A stretch of 64,000 nt of DNA from Raillietiella orientalis (lineage: Eukaryota), in NCBI GenBank assembly GCA_036172245.1, contig JAYWIR010000001.1:6944001-7008000 (forward strand), read 5' to 3'. Numbering within the stretch: position 1 is the stretch's first letter; each line of letters opens with the position of its first letter. The notes beneath the pieces were generated by a model. That model did no database searches. It was not told the DNA's origin and saw only the letters and a list, made by a program, of their open reading frames with translations. Of the stretch, positions 38,251-51,320 are shown in pieces. Both the position numbers and the translations under genes were made by a program.

Positions 38251-39619
38251 GGGAGGGCGGAGCGAGTGGGTGAATGCGCTTCCGTCCTCTTCCCTTCTGG
38301 AGGGAATCCATGACTAGAGAGCAAGGCGAGGGACCCCTTTCGCTGGAAGGGGTCGGAGGACACGGGTCAGATCTGAGACCTGCGGCTTTGCGGGGCAGAG
38401 CGTCACAAGAGCCAATCAGGCAGACGGACTCCCGTGGCAACCACCTTCAGGCGTGGGTGCTGCGAGTCCCACAGGACAATGGGATGGGGCGAGTCGAGCC
38501 TCCTCCTCCTCCTTCTCTCCCTCGAAGTGCCGACAAGAGCGGGAATTCAGAGCCCATGCCTTCTGGTGGTGTCCCTGGACCAGCCCTTCCCAGCTTTGAC
38601 CCCCTGGAACAATCGGCGGCAAGAAGAGGTTCGTCCCTCCTCCCGAACGGAATCTCCGGGAAGCCGTGATCGGTGCTCCACCTGCGCCCACCGCAAGCCG
38701 GAGGCGGGCGGCTCTGCCTCGGGGGCCGGGGAGCAACGGCAGCGGCTCCCCCAGGACCAACGCCGGAAGTTCAGCGGAGTCCCAGCTTTCACCAGCGCGG
38801 CAAGGGACCCCCTGCCTCGCCGCGGTCGCGAAGAATAGAGAGGAGGGCGTCCCCGGGAGATGAGAGAAGTGCGGGCGCACGAGGTGAGCGACCAGTCCAG
38901 CGGGTGGGACTCTCCGTGGCTAGGAAGAAACCGGAAGCGGGAGGGAGCGGGGCATCCTGGGGCGCGGCTCCGGGCAGCCGGAGGCAGCCACGCGTGAGCG
39001 TGAGCAGCAGCCCACGGACGCCCCGGAGTCCATCTCCCCCTCTTCCCCATCCTATCGACTCTGATCTTTCCGCATGCCCGCGGTGATGAACCTCCAGTTC
39101 TCCCGCCTTTGTCGCGGGCCCCCGCACCGAGGGAAAGTTTTTCCTTATTCCCCTTGCCCGCTCTTCCAGATGCCGCGCAGCCTGCCTGCTGGCACGGGCG
39201 CGTACGCGTGGGCGTGTTTTTTTTTTTTTTTTTATCTCGTCCCTGATCTGTTTCCGAGGGATCCAGTGTGCATCGAGGCGGCCCAGCGCCAGTGGACATC
39301 TATCGGAGCTTTGGAAGCCCTGCGAGACGGAAGAGGACGAGGAGACGGGGGGGGAGAGGCCCCCGGCTGAGAGGAGCAGATGAGCCAGAAAGAATCGTCT
39401 GAAGTAGAAAAAATGGCAGCTCAGCGAGCTGGTGGCGGCGGCTTGGGCAAACAGGCGCGGCCTCCTTGTTTGTACAGCAGGAGGGGGGGGGGGAAGGGGA
39501 GGAGGAGGAGGAAGTAAGGAGAAGGATGAGGAGGAAGAAGGAAAGAGGAGGAGGAGGGGAGGAGGACTTCTCGTTGGGAGAGGTAGGCGCTGTCTCTGAA
39601 GAAGAAGCGCATGTCGGCG

Positions 39620-40066
39620 CGTATATCCCCTGCATGTACACACACGTGCCGATTTACGTACACAACGAACAGGTAGGCATTCCCCTAACGACGGATCTGC
39701 TGTGCAGGCACCCACGTGCTGGCACCAGCGCAAATCAACGGCCTGCGGGCATACATCGCTTCTCGGTCCTTTGGCTAAGATCAAAGTGCACATCGTTGTG
39801 TACACGCACGTGTCAATCCCAATGCATATACGAACGAATATGCGCAGAAACAATACATGCATACATATGTGTTTCCTGTTTTCTGTGTATACACGTTCCA
39901 GTGTGTACATGTACATATGCACAGACGTGTGTACCAGTTTCTGCTCTCAGCTGCAAGTGTACACTAATTATTGCTAATGTATATGTAGAAACAAATGTAT
40001 TGCGTGCAGCTTTGTGTGCGTTCGTGCACCAGTGCCAAAGCATGTGCAGTACAAGCGTGTGTACGC
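39620..40066. repeat. Degenerate alternating purine-pyrimidine (TG/CA/TA) simple repeat
   Basis: Dense TGTGTA/CATACA/TGCA-type runs form an AT-richer island inside the GC block. Confidence 0.7.
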
Positions 40067-43000
40067 TTGGCGGGGATGGTACGCCTCCTCCAGACGAAGA
40101 ACCATTGCCACCGGGGGCTCCCGAGAGCTCACCTTCGACCCGCAGCGCTGCGACCGGGGTGACCTCTGCTACCCCTCCCGACCGAGAAGGGTCCACGTCA
40201 AACCTTCGTGGGTGCGGCGCTCGCCTGTGGGCCGGGGGAGTAGTCTGCCCTCTGCGGAAGGAGAGGGTCCGCGGGGACGGGCTCGGCGCTCCGGAGGATG
40301 CGGCCAGCCGCAGGCGCTTCTGCTCGCACATCCCCCCCCCTTCCCCCAGTAGCGAGGCGATCCCTTCTCTCCCGCTTGGATTCTTTACCTCCGACTCCAT
40401 CACTCTCCTCTTCTCTCCCTCTCGGCTGCTGCTGGCAGGGGCGCAACGGTCCCGGCTGGCCAGTGCTCGAGACTCGTGACCGAGAGTCCCCGGTCGATGA
40501 TTCCTCGGTGGTCCTCTCCTTCCCGGCAGCAACGCGCGCGCGCGCACGCGGCTGTGTCCTTCCGTCTGAGCGCGAGCGAGCAAAGAACAAGTCTGGCGTC
40601 CGCCTGAAAAAAAGGGGGGGGGGGGAAAGGAGGAGGGGGGATGCGCCTCCCTCCCTCCCCCCCCCTCCCGACCAGCTCGCGAAAACGAGAGAGAAACGGG
40701 ACTGCCGGGCGAGCAGCATTCCTGGCCGCGAGCTCGGAGGTCGAGGTTCATCTTTCGGGTCTCCAAAGAGTCACGCGCTCTCTCGCTGAGCGCACCGGAG
40801 GGCTTCGGTAAACACGGGGGAGCCAGCCGGCCGTCGGGAGGCAGGGCTCTGGACCACGCGCGCGTGCTTTGGTTGCGGTGGAGAGGAAGCTGGGGGAGCC
40901 GAAGAACGCCGCCGCTACCTCTCGTATTCCGCAGGCCTCTGAGGGGAGAAGCCGGGGAGACCTTGCCCCGCAGCACAGGCTCTGGCACCGGGACTTCGTG
41001 TCTGACCTCGAGAAGTGGATGAGGAAGGGAAGGGAAGGAGAGGAGATCCTAAGGTTGCCGAAGCCTCCAGAGGGGTGGACCGAAGGAGCCCTCCACGTGC
41101 AGCACCCGGGAAAGCACCTCGCGCACCTCGTCGCGGGCAGGGGGTTTGGGATGGATCGAGGATTCTCTCTGCGCCGATGCCGGGCTCCCGAGAGAGGTCT
41201 CCGAAGACTCCATTTCGAAAGCTCTGCGGTGCCTCCAGGGCTCCGCGGACTACTTTTTGCAAACCGAGCGCTTCGTCACCTCGGTCAAAGAAGCGTGCAG
41301 AGGGCAGGCATCTCACTCTCTTCGTTGATGTCAGCCCCACCATCGTCCCGACGCGCACGCAAACTGCCTGCTAGTCGAGAGAAAAAGTAAGAAAGGAAAG
41401 GAAGGCAAAAAAGAGAGAGAGAGAGAGGGGGGGGAGGGAGGAGGAAGAGGAGGGAGAGGGAGTGAGAAACAAGAAAGCGATCGGAAGCTCCTACGAATGC
41501 ATCCCGTCTTCGGAGAGGCTCCGCTGCCGGCATTCCTCCCTACGAATTCCACCGCGCAGAATCAACAGATTGCAACCCTTAAGCCCTTGTCTTTCCGAGA
41601 TCGCGGATGTTAGGTAATAAGATTCCATGACTAAACATTACACAGTGAGTTTACGCAGGTGGTCCCCACCTTTTGGAAGGCGGGCATTGTGGTGCTGTCA
41701 TTTCGCGCCTCATATAATCTGCTCGATGCTTCACGCTCACAATTACTCCGGGATTCTCCGAGGGAGTGCAGTGACAGAAGAGGCGAGCACGTCAATCAGG
41801 ACCTGCAAGAATGCTGATAAAACACGAATCATTGTTCCCGCTCGCGGTTTCATCTTTATTTTCGCCAGCGCCAGCGTAGACCTGCGGTTGGGCAAACACC
41901 CGAACGCGACGAATGGTATGCCTGCTATGTCTCTCCCAGAAGCGGCGGCGGTGGGTATTCGGGCTCGTCGCGGGTCCTCCTCGCCTGGAAGAACTGCAGG
42001 AGTAGCAGCAGCCCGGGAACGGCTCCGTCCCCGCTCCCTCCGCTTCCGGAATTCCGGACGTGGTGGGGAAGGGAGGGGGCGAGCGGCGGAAGAGGGGTGG
42101 GGGAGGCGAGCAGGCGATGGCGGGCGGAGGAGGCGGTCTGCCGCCCGCGCTCGCGAGAGCTCGGCAATGCCTCATTGGCTGTGGATCTCGGCAGAGACCC
42201 CACGGTGACGCTGCTCATCGCCACTGATCACGTCCTGCCCGACGCCTCCGTGCTGCATACGGTCAGCCACCGTGACAACCACCGAGAGCCCGAGAAATTG
42301 AAATCTTTTCGCCTCGGATGCTGGGGAAGCGGAAATTCCGCGTTGTTCTCTCTCACCCTCGCGCTGTTCCTACATGATCGGATGCAGTGACCTTGTCTCA
42401 TCTCGCCATTTCGGGCAGGTGGGCCTCTTGAGCGCTTCGCCTTGTCATCCGAACGCCTCCTTAAGTCTTCAAGTCAAATCCTCCGCCGGAAAATTCTTGG
42501 CTTCGACAGAGTCTCCGCGGCGCTTTGCACGCATTCGGAGAAAGGCAGACGGTGGGTGAAGAAAAAAGGGTTCACCGCCGCTTGATTTTGCAGCAGCAAA
42601 ATCAAGCAGCGGTGTGCAGTTCAAGAAAAAAGAGACCACCATCGACTACAATACGCCCTAATGTTGCTGATTTCATCATTACAGTCCGCGAGCTTCGATG
42701 CACGCAAGTGATCACAGTAGGGCAGCGGTGGGCAGCTCCCGGGATCGCTAAATATTTTGATGCTGTGTAAAGCGGATCGTTTTGATTTTTATCAAATGCA
42801 CTGAAGATGCTCCACGGGAGAAAGTGGGTCTCGGAGAAATTTCCGTTCCGCTCGTCGTCAAGCTAACAGTTTTTTTTTTCCATCCCACGCTGCGTGCGTT
42901 CGTTTTCGTACCGAAATTGAATGCAAAGATGACCAGCCACGTGGTGGTGCCCAGCCAACCACAGCTGGTCCACAAGCAAGTTCTGGAACTTGGATTCCGG

Positions 43001-46000
43001 AAGATGTGTGTGGCAAGGCTTCAGAACACATTTTGCTGCGGAAAGCGTTTTCATAAACAAGCTATCACGGAGAACGATCACGGGCCTCTTTTACCGCCGA
43101 GACTGTTACCTCTAATAAGTCTGGGCATCGGGCGAGCGCAGCTGCCGCATCTTCCATCCTGCTCGAAGCTGCGAAGCTCTGGCTTCAAGTTTCCGCTAGG
43201 CTTCCGCTCGTTTTCGCCAGGACGCGTGTCGAAACAAACGACGAGAATGCGCTAGGGCCAGGAAAAAAAAAGAAAATAGGAAAAGAAAACCCACTTGCGA
43301 TTAACACAAGATCACTAAATCACAAGAACCTGAGTCTTCCTCCTCTTTAGCTGGCATCACCATTCGTACATCATCTGCCATATGACACCTGTCCCCTCCC
43401 AATGGCAAGTATCGTCCAGCACTGGCTCATTACTTGTGATTAAGGCATCAACTGGCCGGACAAACAAAAAGTGCGTTGCTAGGCGATCTTCCAACAAAGA
43501 AAATCCAACACGGATCAAAGAGGCCTAGGAAGCAGGCAGAGAGAACGCGAGCGTTTGGCGACAGGAGAAAAATTGCCGGCGATGGATGTGTGTAGCGCTA
43601 AATGCGTGTGCGCGCGTTTCGAACACGAAAAACGGCACGGACTACACCATCTCTGCTGCCTGAAGAGATCGGAACACCCAGCATCTGAAACATCTGTGAC
43701 GAAGCCAGAGGGATGTGTGGAGCAGAGGACAGATGAAGAGCGAATGTTGTAATTGAATAAGCTTACAACTCGGAAGGAGAGAAACTGGACTGACCCGTCG
43801 TCGTCTGCGTGTGAGGGAACTCTTCCAGCAGGAGTTCTCCTCTTCCCCCTTCTTCAGGTGGACAGCCTCCGTTCAAGGATCGCAAATATTTGCGTTACGT
43901 CCTTTCCATGGAAGTCTGCAGGAAAAAAAAAAAGGAAAGAAAGGAAGGAAACTCGCTTCTCGCAACCGTGAGTGGCTGCTCCGCGTGGTGGAGCGCGCGC
44001 AAGCGCGCATCGGGCGGGAGCGAGACGGACATCAAGTCGGCGCCGCCGCCTGGCGACCATCGCTCGCTTCGTGCGCCCTGTCCCCCCGCACCGGGAGGAG
44101 GCGCAGCGAGCGCTCGCGCTGCCGCCGTCGCTCGGTACCTGGAAATCGCGGACCCCTGCTGCCCCCCCCCCCTCCGCTCGCGTGGAGGCGAACGAGGAGA
44201 CGCCCGTCCCCTCGCGTTTCGACGAGCGCGCGCCTCCCGTTGTCTCTTTGCCTTTTCCTCCTGCGGGTGCGTCGCGCAGCGCGCCTCCTTTCCGTGTTAT
44301 TTTGTTTGTTTTGTCAGGGATTTGCACGGGATGAAGCCACAGGGTGGGCCACTCGGACGCGCGGGGCTTCTCCCCCTTCCGGGGGAAGCGCAGCAAGAAA
44401 CCCTAAAAAAAGGTCGCCTTTCTCATCGCGTGATCGTCTCCCCCTCCTCTCCCTCTCCCCTCCCCTCCCTTCCTCCCTCGCCAGGCAGAGCACGCACATC
44501 TCCTTGCAGAAAATCAGAGCAGATGCGAGCGCGGAGGAAAGGAAGATGTTCGCCCGCGTCCGCGAGGGTGGAGCTTCAAGCGACAGATGCCGCGTTCCCT
44601 CTCACCCGGGGCCCTCGTTGCGACACTTGCGGGAGAGCCTCCTCTCTCCCTTCCCTTCCTCCCTCTCCGCTCACGGCGGAAGACCCCACAAGACGAAGCA
44701 GCAAACGGGAAGGCTGCAACACGCGCGCGCGAGAGAGAGAGGGAGAGAACGGGAGGGCGAGCGCGTCGCGCAATGCGAAAGCACGACGGGAGACACGAGC
44801 GAGCGAGCGCGCATGAGTGCGTGCGTGCGTGCGTGCGTGTGCCCACGCGCGCGGCATCTCTCCTGTAGAAGGAAAGAAACTCCCTCCCTTCGGAGAGCGG
44901 CGGCGGCGACTTCGCGCGCACTGCCTCGCCCTCTGTCTGGAAGAGGAGGAGGAGAGGCCGGGGGAAGGGAAGGGAAGCACGAGGGAGGGAGAGCATCCAG
45001 AGACTCCCCTCCCCCGCATGTCCGCACGCGGGGGCGAAAGTGGGCTCGGGAGACGCCGGGATCCGCCCTGCCCGCAATGATTTATCCCTAGGACGAGCAG
45101 AGTCCGCGCGGGGCCGTCTCTCGGAGGAGGACGCTGCTCCCGATACCGGGATGAAAAATGCTGCTTCGGGAAGAAACAAAGGAAGGAGGGAGGCGGGGGG
45201 GGGAGAATGAGGAGGGGAAAGGGGGGAGCTCTCGTCTCGCCTTCCCGGAGCAGCAAGCGCGGCGGCATCCCTGAACAGATGGGCCCGTCCGATCCTCTGC
45301 GAACGAGGCACCCGAGAGTCCTCCGGGTCAGGAGGGGAGGCAGCCCCCAAGTCGCGGTCCACCACTTCATTTCCGGGATTGCCCGTTGGGGAATTGTCTG
45401 CTCAGATGCAAGGCAAGGGCGAGGGACTCGCAGAGTGACTCGGAGAGCAGCCCGTCGCCTTCTTGGGGTGGAAGGGGAGGAGGCTTCTTCTACCCTTGTA
45501 TCGAGCCCCTGTCGGAGCCGGACGGCGAGGAACGGGAACGTTCCAGCCCTTCCCAGACGCCACTTCCGGATTTCCCCGCGCAGACTCCGCAGAAGTGCTC
45601 CCTCCTCCCGTCGGGAACGCTACCCCTGAGCGCGCGCGCGCACGCCCCGGAAGTCCGCCCTGCCTTGCCGGAAACGCTCCCGGAGTGACTTCCCTTGGAG
45701 CGATCGGAACGCCCTCTCGAGGCCACAAGGGAGCTCCTCCTGCCATCCCCAGAGCAGAAGAGGCGGATCGCAGAAGGGTACGAGCCCTTTCCCCCCATCC
45801 TCCTTCACCCCTTCTTCTCCACTGAGAGGCACGAGGCGGCGTTGCGGCCACTGGCTCAACGGAGAGGTCCGCTCTTTGTGGGTCCTCGAGAGGACCACCG
45901 CGGCGGCAGCGGCGTCCCGGCGCGCACCCGAGGTCGCCGCGGGTCGCGTCCACGGACACGACGGCAGACTGCGTCCGTGAGCCGCGCCATCGGAAAGAGT

Positions 46001-47406
46001 CTCATTCCGGGTCCCTCCGACAGCCAGATCCCACGCAGGATCGGCTTGTCCCGAGCCGCGTCGAGGGCCACGCTCACGAGCCCCGGGAGGCCGACTCTCC
46101 CCGCAGGGAGCGCATCCGCCGGCGGCAGGAAAGCGGCTGACACGCATCAGCAGGGGGGAAGGAGGAGGTAGGACCGAATCTGGGAAGGAGGGAGGGAGGG
46201 GGTGGGTGGCAGGGAGAGTCTCTGCCGACGCGAAGGAGGAGCAGGTGCCTCTTCTCCTCGGCTGTTGTCCACGCCCCCTGTCTCCTGGGGAAGGCAGCCA
46301 CGAGGGGCGCGGGGCACATCTCTGGGCTCGTTCCCCGTTGCCGTTCCGCCGGGCGGTTTCCTCCATCTATCAGCTTCCTCTTTCGCACCTCCAGTGTTGG
46401 GGGGGGAGTCTCCTCCTCCCTGCCTTTGTTACTGGAGAGGGCACCGGGGCGCCTCCGCCATAATGGACGCGCCCATCCCCTAATCTAAGCGGCCGAGCGG
46501 AACGCCGAGCTCCTAATCTGCCGGGGATAAAGGGAGGACGGGGGGAGGGGGCGAGGGGGGAAGGGAAACGATTGGTTTCTACCGCGTCGCCATTTTTCCT
46601 TTCTTTCAGCGGTCCCTCTTGAAGGCCTCGAGTCCTTTGATGGCGACGATCAGTTCCGGAAGCTCGTCCCGTTCGAGAGTACTTAATGTAAATTACATTC
46701 CGGGAAGCACCTGGAATTGTATTTTCCCAACTGCTCCAATTCCGGGATCCGCTCGAGATCCACTCCACGTCCTCCGCGTTTATTGAATTGCCAACCCCAA
46801 AATCTCTCGACGAGATCACGGGCGCCGGAGAAGAATCGGAGTAGCTCCCCCTACCTCTTCGCGGCGCCTCTCCCTCCCTTCGCTTCCCTTCCCGTATTGT
46901 CCCTCCGCGCGCGCGCGCGCGCAATTGTTCCGGTGATTTTTCGTTGCCAGAGGATACTTCCTTCGGCCGGGGAACGCCTTGGGGTCAGCGCCGAAGAGGA
47001 GAAGGTGGAGAGGCGGCATCAGAGGCGGTGGCAGCCATTGCCGGAGTCGCCTTCGGTCCGACGGCGGCGGCGGCGGCGAACCGGCGCGGCCGCCCGCCCG
47101 CTCGGGAGCGCGAACGTACACGCGAGGAAGAGGCCCTCTCGTTTCTGCACCGTCACCTCTTGTTTCCCCCAAAACAACTCGAGAACGGGGGGAAGGGGGG
47201 GAAGAAGGGAAACCTGGAGGAGGAGGAGGAGGAGGAGCAACAGCGCCGCCGTCGCTCGCTCAACGGGCGCTTCGAAGGAGGCGGCCTCGGCCCGGGCGTG
47301 CACACGTAGCACATCGGGGCCATGTCGAAGAAGAGAGGGAGAGGGGGGAGGGGACATTCGGACTGCAAGCCTGAAAAAGCTTCTCTTCCTCTTCTTCCGT
47401 CACCCC

Positions 47407-47630
47407 TTGCATTTCTTCCTCTTCTTCCTCCAAAGTCTGTTTTATCTTCTCGTTCCCTTTTTTTTTTTGCTTCTCTACCTCTTGTTATCTCCCTCTTCCT
47501 CCTCCTCCTCCTTTTCTTGCATCTCTTCCTTCTCCTCCTCCTCCCAGCTCTGTTTTACCTTCTCGTCCCTTTCTTCTCTGTTCCTCTACCTCTTGTTCTC
47601 TCCCACTTCCTCTTCTCCTCCCCCCTTCTT
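47407..47630 (+). repeat. Two diverged ~110-bp pyrimidine-rich tandem units, with a third copy at ~49350-49455
   Basis: All three copies share the skeleton TTGCA..TGTTTTA(C/T)CTTCTC..CCTCTTGTT..CCC(T/A)CTTCCTC. Confidence 0.65.
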
Positions 47631-48399
47631 CCCCGTCATCGGCTTCCCCGTCGCGCGCGGTACCCACCAAAGCTCCCCCTCTTCCCTGCCATTCCGTCAG
47701 CATCTCACGTGCGATGGATTTGCATACGTCGCCCAGACAATTAGCACGCGCCGGAATTGCAAAGAAGCGGGCGCCACTCGCCCCTGCCCCCCTCCCCACA
47801 AATCCCCCCATCAGTAGCCTCGCGCGCAGTTATTGGATGCGGAGCATCGGAAATTGCAGCTCGAGGCGGTGGAGTGCCAATTTTTCCCGTTCCGCTGTCA
47901 AGACAAAAAGCAATCGGAGACTGGGGATTTTAGGTGGAGGGGGAGGAGAAGAAGGAGGAGGCCCTGCGTCGGGGTCTGTGCATGGGCGGCAAGCGGCGGC
48001 GATCGCCAGGGAGTGTTTGCTCAGCGAGAAGCAGTTCAGGAGTGTTCATCCGCCATTCTGCAAACAGACCATTTAGTCCACGCGGGATGCATAATGGGGA
48101 ATCGAAGGGAATCGAATTTTCCTGACGGAAGAGAGGGGGGGGGGGGGGAGAACAGAGTCTTGTGATTGCTGGTCTAAAAGAAAAGTCTCGTTCCAAGTAC
48201 ACGGGGGGAGCAGGACATCGACATCTACAATTACGCCCACATCTACATTTACATCTACATCATGACGCAACAGACCGGGTGCGCAAGGGAAGGAAGAGAG
48301 AAGGAAGACGGGAGGAGTGGCCATGGTGGTGTGGGAGGAGGAGGAGGAGAAGGGAGAGGATGCAGGGGAGTTTAGAAGGGCAGAAGCGAGGAGCAGCAG

Positions 48400-48800
48400 T
48401 GACGAGCAGATCACCTGACTATGTTGCCATCTACTCTTCGTGGAAAACACTTCGAGGGAAGTGGGGAGACTTCGAGCGTGGACTCACTGGAATCTGTCCT
48501 TCCGTTCGCCCCTAGCCCTTCCACTTTCCTCGTAGAAATGTGCACTGAGGGAAGGGGTTGGATCCCGGTGCCGGACTGGAAACTGAGCATCCCTCCCGAC
48601 TCTACCACCTCTGCCCCTCATCATGACTGCTGTCTCGCAAAGCCAGGAGCTGGCGGGCCATGTGGGCCGTAGTCGCACGTGGGGACGCACTGCTCGTGCA
48701 CGCCTGGACCCCAATGCTGGAAACACAACATTGGAGAGGCCTTCAGATTGTTTATCCCCACAGTCTAGATTAATGGGTGGTTCGCGAGCAAATCATGGGA
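48400..48800 (+). mobile_element. Decayed RTE-like LINE 3' fragment
   Basis: LAGHVGRSRTWGRTARARLDPNAGNTTLERP, with AWTP in the shifted frame, resembles the RTE C-terminal pattern WAGHVxR..RW...WxP..G.R..GRP. Confidence 0.45.
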
Positions 48801-49164
48801 GGAAAACGAGGAGCGATTTGACGCTCCTCGTGTTCGGACTGTCCCTTCCATCTGCTCTTCCTGATGAGCCTTGATCCTCGAGGGTTCCTTTCCAGTGTGC
48901 ATCTTCAAAGTGGACGTCCGCTCACACGGTTGCCGGTCTGCCTCTTGCCGCTGAGTTCTCGAAGAAGCAACTCATCTGGCACTAGACGCGGTGGAAGCTG
49001 AGTGTCCGGAACGGGCTGGTCAGTAGCCACTGGATTTCGATGTTTTAAAGAGGCCCTCGGATCTGGGCTGCCAGTTCGTCTTGCCTTGCGGCAGTCATGA
49101 TTTTCCTGTTGACTAAATGACTGAGGACGTGTCTGAGGGACTCTTCCGCGCGATGCTCACACAG

Positions 49165-49232
49165 GTAGTGGATCGAACCGCGCCACGTAGCTGGGTCGGT
49201 GACCCTCGAGTACCATAGGCTCTCCGCTCGAA
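49165..49232 (-). mobile_element. Degenerate tRNA-derived (SINE-like) head
   Basis: B box GGTTCGATCC at 49179-49170, preceded on the minus strand by A-box-like GAGCCTATGGTA. No cloverleaf. Confidence 0.3.
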
Positions 49233-50849
49233 AGCAAGATGTCCTGGATCCAAGATCACCTTTATTATTCTCCGGCGCGATTCTCCCTTTTTATTTCATT
49301 TCTCCTCTTCCTCTGTTTCTTCACCCTTGTTCTCTCCCTCTTCTTCCGTCTCTTGCACATTTTCCTACTCTTCTTCCTCCTTTGTTTTACCTTCTCATTC
49401 CTTCTCTTCTATTCCTTCGCCTCTTGTTCTTTCCCTCTTCCTCCCCCTCCTCCTCTTCCTGTTTCCTCGTGTACTTGGAACGAGACTTGTCTTTTGGACC
49501 AGCAATCACGAATCCAAATCCTCTTCCTCCCCACACCTCACCCCACCCCTTCTTCCGGGAAGTCGATTCCCCATTATGCATCCTGCGTGGACTAATGGTC
49601 TGTTTGAAGAATAGCGGATGAACACTCCTGGACTGCTTTCCCTGAGCAAACACTCCCTGGCGATCTCCGCTCGCGAGCGCGCATGTTTCAGACTGCGTGC
49701 CCAAGCTGGAAGAGGTCACTTTCCGTCTCGTGCGGTGGTCGGGGGTCGGATCGCCAAATGCGACCTTCAGCTCCTCCCGCTTCGAGTGTCCCCTCTGCCC
49801 GCCAACTCGCTTCCGGATTGTCGTGCTGGGAGCGCAAGATGCGCGGCGCTTCCATGGTCAGCTTTTTCGGGGAGGAGGAGAGTTGGTGACGAAGCGCTGA
49901 TCATTCCGTTGCGGCTTCGAGGAGTATTCCGGTTATACCAGCGCAGCAGCCGCCGTCCCCCTCGCATACCGTAATCATTCTTGAAGCAGCCCGCTTCCGG
50001 GAGCGATCCTCTCCCGCCGTGCAGACTCCGACACCGCCGCTGCGAGAGCCCGGATCGTCCTCGAAGAGCAAAGACTTCTTTTCCTTCATCTCCCGCGCAT
50101 TCGGACGGAGAGGATAGCCAGAGATGCGGATAGTATCGCCCATCCTCTGGATGAAAGGCGCTCCATTCGGACGGATCTCCAGTTGCGTGCGCGGCTCCTT
50201 CCTGTCGCCATGGCAGCTTCCGAGAGAGTGAAACGAGGATTTCCTAGACGGGGTCCCCCTCGGGGCGTCGCGCGGAGGATCTCAGCAAGGACGGCAGTCT
50301 CCTCGTTCTGCACGGAGGACCCAACGCGCGTGCGCAGGTTATCGACGCAGCCTAAGGGCGGCGACTCCGCATTTTCGCCTCGGCGCGCCGATGCGGAATC
50401 GACCGGACTGCTGGAAGAGAACCCGATCGCGGGTCCAGAAGGAGGAGGAGGAGGAGATCCATGGTCACCCCTCCTTCTGATTGAATCCAACGGGGATGCC
50501 GCCGCCGCTGCCGCTGATTCGATTTTTTTTCACGAGCGGGATGGAAGAAAAATATTGACTCTTGGAGAGCGGTTTCCATGGGGATCCCTGGAGCTTCCCC
50601 GCGCATCTCTGCATCATGGGGACCCTGAGGAGCCACAACGGGGCGGGGGGACATCTCCGCGGGATTGCACAAGGAGGGTTCCGGGTGCGTTGGTTGCGTC
50701 TCAACCGCATAACCCAGGCTCTCAGAGATTCATCCGTCGTCCCGGACTCCGCACCTCCATACGCTTTGTGCTGGAGCTTTGACAGAAAATGGCGTGTGGA
50801 AGAGGGGAGAGGAGGCGGGTGGGAGTGGATGCAGCCGATGCGCCGGGGG

Positions 50850-51320
50850 ACTCACTAGTCCTTCCCCGTCTCTGAACCGCAGGACCGGGAGGGAGATGCA
50901 CCACCCGCGGCTGGGGTCCCGCGAATATTTTCATCCGGACCGGTGGTCCAGCCTGCGCCTTTAGCAGATGTCCCCGAAGCGGCGTGCCTTGAGTGCTCCT
51001 CCTGTCGCCTAGAGACCTTCGGCGCTTCGCCGTTCGCCGGGTCCCACGACCCTGGAGATTCTGAGGTGACGATCACCCTGACTGATGCTGAGATTCCTCC
51101 GTCGTGGCACACCGAAGAGCCAGGGTCCCTGCTTCCCTCCTCTCCCGTGCTTCAGGAGAGAATCCGGGGAGATGCTGGGCTGACCTGCCACGGCTTCCGG
51201 AACCAAGGAAGACCCTGCCAGTCTTCTTGGATAGATGGTTCCTCTCCTTCTTCTTCAGGGGTCCAGAAAACTTTTCAAACTACCCAGTCGAGAAGGCGCT
51301 TCCAAATAGGAAAGATAACT
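50850..51320 (-). mobile_element. Decayed RTE-like LINE fragment
   Basis: Ordered motifs FLFGSAFS, WLFGVP, RHLRISRVVGPGERRSAEGL (resembles RCLRRILxxxWxDRVSNEEVL) and GHLLKAQ..KIFAG. Confidence 0.35.

Larger units (their letters stand above)
47994..49670. repeat. Inverted repeat pair, ~205-bp arms (47994-48203 and 49468-49670)
   Basis: The reverse complement of the left arm matches the right arm in long blocks, e.g. CGTGTACTTGGAACGAGACTT, TCGATTCCCCATTATGCATCC, GCGGATGAACACTCCTG and CTGAGCAAACACTCCCTGGCGATC. Confidence 0.92.

Noticed and set aside
42900-43040. QLWLAGH on the minus strand, resembling RTE QLRWAGH
   Set aside because: A single motif with weak flanks is not enough for a feature call.
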